NCBI GenBank assembly: GCA_036630325.1
Contig: CP142732.1
Location: 558,001 to 622,000 of the forward strand
DNA length: 64,000 bases
DNA from: Vairimorpha necatrix
Lineage: Eukaryota
Direction: 5' to 3'
Positions 53,651 through 64,000 of the stretch are shown here, piece after piece. Position 1 is the stretch's first letter, and each line of letters starts with the position of its first letter. The notes under the pieces are model-generated. The model saw only the letters and a program-made list of their open reading frames with translations. It searched no databases and was not told the DNA's origin. The position numbers were made by a program, and so were the translations under genes.

Positions 53651-56607
53651 AACACATCCTCTATTTTCTTAAAAAATAACATCGAATATATATATTAGTG
53701 TCATATAAAAAATAGATAAATTCACGTATGAGGTCATATTTCATATACTTTGTAATTTTTAAATTAGTTTTGCGATAAAATCCATAAAAATGAACAATTT
53801 TTTTTCTATAGTCTATGTCGCCACCTATAAAACATAACTTACATTTCTATGTTTGTTTGCAATATTATTCTGCATTTCACCTTCAATTTTAGGCTTATGT
53901 GTAACCTCGGGGAATTTGGAGCAAAAATTATGAATGTAATGATAGTTAGCATAAATTTATAATGAATTTACAAATCAAAAGTAATTTTTAACATTACTAA
54001 CATTATTACGATGATAGTAACCAATACATTTTGAAAATTAGAACAATAATATTAGCTAGACGTGACAAGTTTTTTCCTTATTATTTTTACAATGTATTAA
54101 ATATCTTATTTGTTATTATAATTTAGACTATAATGCGCAAATTTGTTATTTTCTTAAAACTTATTAGCCACGCATAGTAATATTCTACAATATTACAACT
54201 AAACAATATCAACATTCTGAGAGATTATAATAAAATATGAAAAGGATAGAAACTAGAAAGATTCAAACTACTGTTTTTTCTATCTAACTGGTTTGTTTAA
54301 ACTTTTTTACAGACGGTGTCATAAAAATGTGCCTAATATTGGTATCAAATTGAGCTTACACAATTTAAATACACAAAAGAGAGATTGTAAATTCTTTATA
54401 TATTTTTTGCGGTAAATGCCGCAAATTTTCTGCACAAATTTAATAAAATCTAAAACTGGTGAATTCTTACAAGCGACTCAATGACCTTTTACTTATAAAA
54501 ATCCTGTTTTAAATTTCTATGCACCTAGTACCTACATGTTTGTTTGGCTAAATAGCACAGTCAACGTATGTGCCCATGTCAATTCCTGATTATTTAAAGG
54601 AATAAATTTGTGTTGGGTATTTTTAATTGTTAATTTTAATTATAATAATACTAGCTTAAAACATCTCTGCTACCTTCCGCATCTCAGAACGCTTTTACGC
54701 CATTTCATCCTTTTTTACTTTAAAATTCTTGTAAGCCTCTTAGGCATAGTATCGAACTTTGTAACAAAATTCTATGAGCATAACCCACAATATTTTACAG
54801 CTTTACTCCCTTTAGCTCTCAGGCTGGCCATATTATCAAAACAAAAATGTTTCACACTACTATAATTAAACGCATTAAGTACTTCAGTTTAAAAAACTAT
54901 CTATTTTGCTTATATTGTATAGACTTAATTTCGTGTTTAAAAAGATCAAGATTTAGGCGACGTACCTATTAACAATTAAATTCAATTCTCTTTGCATTTA
55001 TATATTTTGAAATGATCTAACACATGTTCGAGAGCGAAAACCATTTAGTATGTCCCAATAAAGCATTTTTATTTATGTATCAATCCAGCATATCCCAAAC
55101 TTTTCTATGCACCCAAGAAATTTTTTGGCAGGGATAGAGACTTAAATGCATTTATATACATAAAATTGATGTTGCACTAGGAAACATATATATAATAGAA
55201 GAACAACCCCTACCATATCGTTTTAAATTATAATGTTAAATATATTGCAATCGAATAATTTTAGTAAAATTTATTTGATAAAAAAATCTTTTTTTTGTTG
55301 TAACTCGTCTATTTTTTGTATATTTTATACGGTATTACCAATTTTGATTTAATGCTAGATTCCTGACGTTTTTTAATATGCTTTTATACATTCAATATGA
55401 GTTTATATATAACATAATTGTCTATAATAAGGATATTTTTGATTTTACTAAAGATATAATCTTAAGATAGATTATATATTTAGCTACTATAATATACATA
55501 TTTTACACTTTATTTTTATTACAAACTATTCTTTACGCGTTATGTTTCTTTTGGCTAATGAAAAATTTACATTTGTATAAATAAAAATAATAAAAGATGC
55601 CTCTAAAACAGCAAAACATGTTTGTTTGTTCTAAAAATAGTCGGTTAATAGAATCTTCTTTCGAAAGAGTTGTTTTGTATAATATACAAGATAATAAGGA
55701 AGATAACGATAAATGAGAGAGATGGGGAACAATTACTACATATTTACACTGTTATTAGAAAATTTAGACTAGAGACATTTAATAATTTTTTTACTAATTT
55801 TAATCTCATTATAACATTAAAAGTATCTACAAATAAACAATTTAAAACTTTGATGTCTTTATATTTCTATGTTGGAATTATGTGAGTATCAACTTTAATA
55901 CTACTTTCATGAATTATGAATGTAACTATAAGATGGTAGTTTTTGATATTTGGAAATGCAACTCATGTTCTAAAGTTCACAGACAAGCGGTCTTAAAGTA
56001 ATATATTGTCTTTAGCTGTAATTATAAATGTGCTGAAATGTATAGAATTGTATGTTATTACTTTAAGAGCTCAGAAAATACATCTATAACATTTAAACGT
56101 AGTAATAAAAAAACTTAAACGCTTTATAAAAGTAAATAAACTCTGGCATAAAATTACACGAAACCTAAAATAAAGACCACATGGCAATTTATTTATTTTA
56201 CATTTTAGAAAGAATAAATTTTTAGTTAAAATTTTGATTAAACAAATAACTTCTTTTAAAATATTTTATTGTATAAAAAAAATATTGTTCTCTTTGTTTT
56301 TTGTTAATTTTTGCTTTTTTGTTTTAAATGGGCATTGACACATTTAGTATCTAATAAATAATTTTCTTAAATGAACTTTATTGGGAGAAAACTATATAAA
56401 AATAACTAAGTTAAAATTGGAACAAATTATAAAGACTATATAGGGGACATGGCATTTCTTGTATATATAATACTCAATCTTATGTAAAACTTTTAGTGCA
56501 GAAGTCAATAATTTTATATTATACAATAAAATTTAAATGCTAAATTTCATGTAGCATCTCAAAAATTTCAAAAGCATATTAAAAAAACTTTTTACGTTAC
56601 CCATAAA

Positions 56608-58059
56608 ATGATTTTTATATTAGATGTTATATTTGGTGCTGAATTTAATATAAATGAATACATAAGAAAAAATCCCAATAAAAATCCACACAATAAATAC
56701 ATATCTATTGTATCTTCTACAGATTTGTTTGAATTTAGACCATACGATGAACTTGAAAAGGAAATTAATCGTATGGATTATGTGTACACTGTACCACATT
56801 CGATTAAAAATCCTAACATAGAACAAAATATAACTTTTAATACGAAAAATAATAGTCCAAAAATAGATAATGTTTGTTATTTTGACAAAACAAATAAAGA
56901 AGCAACAATGTTATGTATTTATTGTAACGATGCAAAGCAAAACATTCATTTAAAAACAACTTCTTCTTTTGCTGACTCTAATTTTCCGAACAACGATATG
57001 CTACAGTGTAATGTTAAAGATGATAAAGAGCAAAATAAAACCACCGTTAACACAAAAACAATGTTTCTTATTGAGAATTCTACAAATTTAAAAGATATGA
57101 AAATGCCATACAATAAAAATGATGACATCCAGCACATTATATTGGGAAAAGATCAAATAGAAAAAACTCCACTAATCAATGGTTCTATATCATTAACACA
57201 CAGTTCATTAATTTATAAAAGAAAAACTTACAACCAGAATATTGCGTTAGACACAAAAGAGTTGGGTAAACCTTCTTTTGATTCGTATGATGAATCTGCG
57301 ATGTGTTATAATAATAAAACGGATAAAAACGTAGTGGTAAATGGAATAGAAAATAAACAACCGTTAAAGGACACTTCAAAAGAAATATCACAATTAAAAG
57401 ACGATTTAAGCGAGTTTTTACATTTTCCAAATCAAATTACTAATGACCTATCATTAGATTTTGCCGAAATAAGAAAAAAAATGTTTGAATGTGAGAATAA
57501 GATTATAGTTTTTATTGAAAACAAAAAAACAAAATTAAAATCAAAAATCATAAAATATCCAAGAATAATTAGAAATATACGAAGTGATAAGGACATCAAA
57601 AAAAATTACGAAAAAATTAAAAGACTTAAATATAACGATATTCATAAAATAAAAAAAATTAAACTACCTAGAATTAAAACAGAATTTTATAAGTCTCAGT
57701 TACCAAGTGTTTTGCGAGAGATAATTTCGAAATTTATAAAGCTTTTTGAACGTTTCTTAATGATTTATGATATGAAAATAGATTTATCTATAAACAGTAT
57801 GTTAACAACCGCCCAAAGGATCAAAATCCATGATTACAATATAGAAATATTATCATTATTTAATCACATACCAATAATCGAAACGACGAAAAAATTGGAA
57901 AACAAATTGAGATTACATAATAACGAAAATGTTTCTATTCATAAGAACACAGACAAAATTCTACGTTCAATTAAAAAGATATTATTAACATTATCATCAA
58001 AATCAGACGAAGTTACCAAAAATTTTGAAGTTTTAAATCAGATTTACAATAATAAATAA
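56608..58059 (+). CDS. Hypothetical protein with short N-terminal signal peptide (putatively secreted)
   Basis: 483-aa ORF, MIFILDVIFGA leader, CCC motif upstream, helical basic C-terminal half. Confidence 0.75.
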   Translation: MIFILDVIFGAEFNINEYIRKNPNKNPHNKYISIVSSTDLFEFRPYDELEKEINRMDYVYTVPHSIKNPNIEQNITFNTKNNSPKIDNVCYFDKTNKEATMLCIYCNDAKQNIHLKTTSSFADSNFPNNDMLQCNVKDDKEQNKTTVNTKTMFLIENSTNLKDMKMPYNKNDDIQHIILGKDQIEKTPLINGSISLTHSSLIYKRKTYNQNIALDTKELGKPSFDSYDESAMCYNNKTDKNVVVNGIENKQPLKDTSKEISQLKDDLSEFLHFPNQITNDLSLDFAEIRKKMFECENKIIVFIENKKTKLKSKIIKYPRIIRNIRSDKDIKKNYEKIKRLKYNDIHKIKKIKLPRIKTEFYKSQLPSVLREIISKFIKLFERFLMIYDMKIDLSINSMLTTAQRIKIHDYNIEILSLFNHIPIIETTKKLENKLRLHNNENVSIHKNTDKILRSIKKILLTLSSKSDEVTKNFEVLNQIYNNK

Positions 58060-61000
58060 AAAACGTTTTTTTTAATGTAAGAATTATTTTATATTTAATT
58101 ATATGCATGATTATGGTATTTTTTGCGTTATATCATTTTCTACAAAAATATTCTATATATCGAGGAAGCAATTCAATGTAAAATGTTTAAATTAATGTGT
58201 TCATTTTTTAAGCTTCATTAAAAATAGGAAATCAATATTATAAGACTTTTTTATCGCTTAATTTTAATTTACAGTTTTTTAAATGTGTAAAAATGGTTCG
58301 AGAGACAAAAAATTAACTAGGTAATGCCACATAACATCATGAACATGATATATTTGTCGAGAGCGCCATAAAACTATTTATTAATGTAAAAAATTACTAA
58401 AACATTTTTTATTTTTTAGATTTACCAGTATATAGAGAATTATTATATCAGAAGTTAGTTTAATAAATCAGGATCAACTTTCTATGGATAATAATAAAAA
58501 GACAAAGACATCTAGTATTCTTGTAAAGAAAAATGGTAAATTACAAATCTCATTCAAAGAATTATTCTTATCAAGTACAGACAGAAATGACCAAATCCAA
58601 AATTAGGGATCAATAAACAGTAAAAAAACGATTTTCTCATTGCATACATAAAAATATTATGCTGAGGAAGACTTTGAGACAATATATTTAATTTAAGAGA
58701 AGATACAAACGGTAATTTCTGAGTTTAAGAAGTTGCTAGAGCAGATATGTAGTTGTTAAGAAAGAAGTGTTTCAGAACGATAGAGGGTAAAATATATTTG
58801 TTTTAAGCATAAGTATTTATAATACAACTAACCCTGACAGGAAAACTCATATAACTGATACTGGGAATCTGTGTGTAATAGATCTACCCCATCGTAATTT
58901 TTTTGGTGTAAATTTATCATCATTTTAGAGAATACATTTAAGATGGAATTTTGTAATACAGAGCAAAATTTCGATGTTGAATTGTATCATTAAGTAGTAA
59001 TCAAAGAATCATCATATGCTATGGTTTCCAGAAAAAAAAATCTAGAATTCTTTGATTTACTTGTCTATTTATTGAAGATTTCTAATTGAAGAATTTTCAC
59101 TTGTTTATATTGTTTAACTTGTATTAAAATTTTCAAAATCAGTTACAAGTCTCAAGAAATGTAAGAACCCTGCACAACAATACCATATGAAATATAATGA
59201 ATCACCGAAGGCCTTAGATAGAAGCTACAAGAAAGATTGATACTATTCATCTATTCAATGAAGAGTAATTTTTTGATATAAAAATTAATACACTTTTTCT
59301 CATGTTTATAATTATTTATTATCAGAAAATACTTAAATAAAATACTTGATACACTTTTTTTTTAGTTTTTTTTTCCGTTTCGGCCTATAAAAAAAACTAC
59401 AAATAAAAAAAATGTGTATTTGTATACCTAGGAGAAGTTACTAAAAAAATCCTATTATAGTAAGATCAACTTAAGTTTTTTTTCTCATTTTTCAATTAAT
59501 TTTAATAAAACTTAGGGCTGAAATTTCGCTTTGTTCAAACTAGCACTTTTTATTGTAATGTTATGATGTAAAAGAAAGGATTTGATAACGAAAACATATA
59601 AATAGAATCAAAGTGATACATTCATGTAGACACATAGAGTAATAAATATAGTAATTGTATAAAAATATAAAAAATGTAAATGGGGCTCCACTCTGAATTA
59701 TTCATATTTTGTATACACCAATCTAGAGCTTACACATGTTTTAAAATATAAAGTTTAAGATCATAAGTATCAAATTAGCATATTCCAGAGCTTTGGTCTG
59801 TAATGAAATTAAAGTAAGGTACACTTAGAAAACCATATCTATATAAATGTATGTTATTTAAATAAACAAAATATGACAAACAAGAATATAAGTAGTAATA
59901 TTAGAGACGAAGAAATTTAGACAGGCGAAACGCATATGTATTGGTAGACTAGCAAAGTTGACATGTAAAAAGATGGTAGAAACTACAAAAAAGAAATCCA
60001 ATTCTTACTAAAACAATAAACAAAGAACCCATATCGAAAATGGCTAAAAGTCGAGATTACACGACTTTTAGCAAAAAAATTATGGCTATTTGTTTTAGTT
60101 TACCTTAAAAATAAAGATATGAAAATGTCGATAAAGATAATAATTAAATAAAATTTTGAATTTTTACATTTTGTATTGCAATATTGTTTAGTTCTCGGTT
60201 TATTTGGATTCGTTTGTGTTGTTATTTTATTGTATTCTATTTTTTTTGTTTACAGGCTTAGCCGGACAAAATGGTGTACATAAATGAATAAGAGCTCATA
60301 AACATTCCTTTTGCAGCCATAAAACGAATGAAAGAACAATTAAATCAAAGCTCTACAATCCTTATTATGTCTACGGATAAGTCCCTATGTACTCAAAACC
60401 TTTGTTCTAATAATATTATACATTTGCTTTCTTTTATTTCTTTAATTGCATGTAAATATTATCAATTCTCCTATTTGCGCAATTTTTCCAAATTTTTGAT
60501 ATAAGATAAAAAATAAAAAGAAGTGAACCCAATTTTGGAGGAGAAATTTTTTTAATATGCTGCTATGAATTTTTAAATATGTAAAAAGTACAGAAAATAA
60601 ATGACCATTATTAAGATTTTGATTTTTGAATTGTAGCCATACATTTAAAATTAATGTAATAAGAGTGCTTACAAATACAACATAAGCGAGTAAGAAGTCG
60701 ATAAAGCCGGCAATTCAATAGATGTTTACCAAATTTATTTTTAATAAACATTTTCAAGCCTCTATGTGAAAATGGAAATTTAATAAAAACATAATTAAAG
60801 ATTTAAATTTTTTTTTCTAATTTAAGACTAATTTCTAGTAATTAAATATCAATATTATTTTTTTTGATTTATAAATTTTTTTTTAATTCTTTAACATTTA
60901 TATAGATGAGATTTTTTTCTAAAAATATTCTGATTTTGGCCAAAAAATAACTTTCTCGCGTGTTTACCAGGGAGCTTGCCTGTGGCAAGGAAGCATTCAA

Positions 61001-62758
61001 TGATGCTACGGTTTTGAGTGCCGTGAAAACCGGAGTTTAGATAGTTTGAAGGAAAAGATTGTTTATTGTTACAAAAAGAGTTTAACTTATCTGAATTATA
61101 GAAGGAAGAGTGTTTGTTAGTGCTTGAGTGATGTACCATTTGTTCATGAAATTTCTTTATTTATATTAGATAGTAACCAATAAAAAAGAAATGTGATGTG
61201 ACTGACCCATAATAACTGACTATCATTGATCATTCCTGGGAAGCTTCAAGTTTTAGAATTCATTGGTTATTTATAAATCATGTGGTATGATCCGTTATAC
61301 CACAATTTCGAAAAAAATAGCAAAAACAAAAAAGAATTTTTTTTATAATTTAACCCAACCCCCCCTTCCACCGAAGAAAAAAAATTAGCAAAAACAACAA
61401 CTGTATTATTTGTTTACAATGCATCGTTCGAAGTGTCGAAGTTTCTAATCCACGACAGCGAACATTTATATAAGATATTCAAGAAATTACGCAGAACAAA
61501 AATATTGTACTGGTAACATAAGCCATATTCAAACACGAAAATGTATTTGATCATGAAAATGAATAAACTTATGAAAAAGAAGTTTAAAATCAAATAATTA
61601 AGAAATCTTAACATAAAATAAGAATTATTGTGCATAAAAATAATCGGCGTAACGACCTGGGCCTGGACTTCCCCTTTTTTTTAACGTACTGAATTTGAAC
61701 TCGGGCCGTAAAGTGAGAAAATGTTTTTTACGAACCATATCCCCAAGATTCGAAAATACAGATTTGTTTTAATTTCATTCGGATTAACATTTCTTGAGCC
61801 ATGAACTTTTTTGTTTTTTTAGTGATTTTTTCAAAAATATTTTACCCTTATGGTATGTCTCGAGCCGCATGATAGTAGGTCGAAAATCTTTCAAGACCCG
61901 CATGAGACAATATGTTGGCTAGTGAATGAAAATCTACTAAAAACAGCCATAGAATTACGAATCGTTTTTATATTATGGTATTAACACCCGAAGATTCGTA
62001 AATAAACTGCCACTGGTTTAAGTGTAATGAAAGGGGATGGGGAGCATTAATGAAAGTTTTTGATAAAACTTTATTTTCTAGTCCCTGAATACCTGTACAT
62101 AATTATTTGTATATTCTGTATTTATTCACTAAAAAGCAGTCCACACTAAACCCAAGCTGAATTCCCGTGTGTCAGCTTCCAGTGTTTTTAGGGCTTAAAA
62201 AAATATACGAAGCACTGAAAAAGAAAAACATCAAGCACCAAAAAATATAGGAGTTTATAGAAGTGACACAGGCCGATGAAACGATTTTAGTAAAAGGGAA
62301 ATTTGTCAAATCACCATCGGAAAGATATGATACAGTCAAAAAATGTACATATGGTTGGTACAATAGACGAGCGAACGTTAGAATTGAGAATTGAGATAGT
62401 ACCTAACCAGAATATCTAGACGATGATTCTGGGGTTCAAAAAATACATAAAAAACAAAACTATTTGTATAACTAATGGGCACAAATCCTACCTCGCAGCA
62501 GTAGAATCCATCAACGCTAATCATCGCGTTTAGTCCACGATGACGGCTTAAAAAACAAAGCTGAGAGACCACAAATTTAATAGAGAGAGAGTCTGGCCAT
62601 AGCTTAAATGTGATATAATAGCTAGAAAAGAATCAAAGAAAGTGGGATCCCGGATTTTTTGGAGGAATAACAATGGAGAAAAAGGCGCAATGTATAAAAA
62701 TATTAAGAGTTGCAGAGAGTTTTCAATTGAAATTAACAAAGTTTTTTTTAACATATAA

Positions 62759-64000
62759 TGTTATATATTCTTATATTTCTGAACCCCAATTATGAAAAAT
62801 AAATACATGGGGGCGATACCGAATCGTGAGCTAACAAGTGTTGGCTGGGAATAAGAGGCCGGAAGGTTATTAGAAGAGTTTATGAGGGTTGTTTGATGGA
62901 CTAGTATTGTCTAATTATGATTTTGAGAAGAATGTAAAAAGGGAGATTTTTGATCTTGGAACTGATGGGTTGAAAAATTTTATGGTTAAGAATATTAAGA
63001 TTGAAGATAATTGGAAAGTTATGGAAACCAAATTAGAAGAACTGGTTATAGAACAGGAGGAAAAAAGGGATAAGAGATTATGGATGATTGAGGAGGTCAC
63101 AAAGATGGTAGCAGAGGATATCAGAAATATTAGTAGAGAGGAAAGAATATTTGTGAAGAGAAGAAGTATAAGATGTCATAATTGTTCAAGAATTGGACAT
63201 AAAAGTCAGATGTGCTATTATAGATATAGAAATGTTAAGAATAATGACGAATGTGAGAAGATTAATAAAGAAGGTAGCAGTAGCTGCGATGAGGAACGTA
63301 TAGGAACACATGGAATGCGAAAAGACAAAAGAAGCAAGAATGGAAGACAAGAAATAAAAGAAGTTATGATGAGGTAGAAAAAATCGGATTAACATTAGAA
63401 GACATAAGAAAGAGATATATGAACGTTAGAAACAACGAAGAAGAGAAAATAAGTTATTGTAAAATCGAAAAGTTCAGAATCAGAACTGAAGAAGGTAAAA
63501 AAGTTGTAAGGAAAGGTCAGCAGGTGCCACAAGCGCATAAAGAAGAGCCGAAAAAATATATTCAGGGGTTAGAGACAAGGAATGTCATGGAAGGAAGATC
63601 GACGTCGGAATGGTGAAATCTGATTAAAGCTTTAGTTAAGCCAGATGGAAGTATAAGACTGGTTAGCAATCTCATTGCATTTAATGATTTAGTAAAGAAA
63701 GACCCGTATGAATTAGTGGACATTAAGATATCATAAGGAACACGCAAGGGTCTAAGTTTTTAGGTGTTTAAGACCTTAAGGAGGCTTTTTTCGGGATCGA
63801 AATAGAAGAGCAAGATAAACATAAGACCGCATTTAAGAATGATAAGATAGTTATGGGTGGAATAGTATGGTCATGAGGTTTAAAAACTCGCCCCAGATCA
63901 TGCAGAGAATTATAAATAAAATTTTTGAAAAACATTTGTGTGGTAAAACAGAAGTGTACATGGACGATATAGTGATTCATGCGAAGACTAGAAAAGAACA
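62759..64000 (+). mobile_element. Degenerate Ty3/gypsy element of the same short-LTR, protease-less type; runs off the window
   Basis: Candidate 49-bp LTR 62759-62807 (TG...CA) + PBS TGGGGGCG; gag with CHNCSRIGHKSQMC; RT pieces KPDGSIRLVSNLIAFNDLV, FKNSPQIMQR, EVYMDDIVIH with stops and frameshifts. Confidence 0.85.

Noticed and set aside
59860-60290. Membrane-protein gene (CLVLGLFGFVCVVILLYSIFFVY stretch)
   Set aside because: No continuous ORF or recognisable homolog; at best an unidentifiable relic
61281-61304. TGTGGTAT-8nt-ATACCACA as a tiny solo LTR (shares 8 nt with the element-2 LTR end)
   Set aside because: No TSD (AATCA vs ATTTC) and no PBS or PPT; an 8-bp inverted repeat could be chance

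Overview
Very AT-rich, intron-poor eukaryotic DNA with CCC/GGG motifs just upstream of most ATGs. This fits a microsporidian of the Nosema/Vairimorpha type (inference). Housekeeping genes: RPS4 3' end, kinesin, TFC4, a Na/Ca-exchanger-like gene, SRP19, RPL4, Rab5, CFD1, RAD1/XPF head-to-head with OGG1, and a probable MED14. They flank a TE-rich accessory block (~14.6-36.9 kb) holding a six-copy tandem family of small signal-peptide proteins. The most striking feature is a complete 3,075-bp Ty3/gypsy element (1341-4415). It has identical LTRs of only 38 bp, a 5-bp TSD, one ORF that starts in the 5' LTR and stops in the 3' LTR, and no recognisable aspartic protease. Decayed relatives (62759-end, ~29760-31690) appear to share this design. 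Also present: a conventional gypsy element (253-bp LTRs, no TGG PBS), Merlin transposons and MITEs, a tRNA-headed SINE-like family, a 5'-truncated RLE LINE, and several palindromes. All calls are by eye; no database searches were run.
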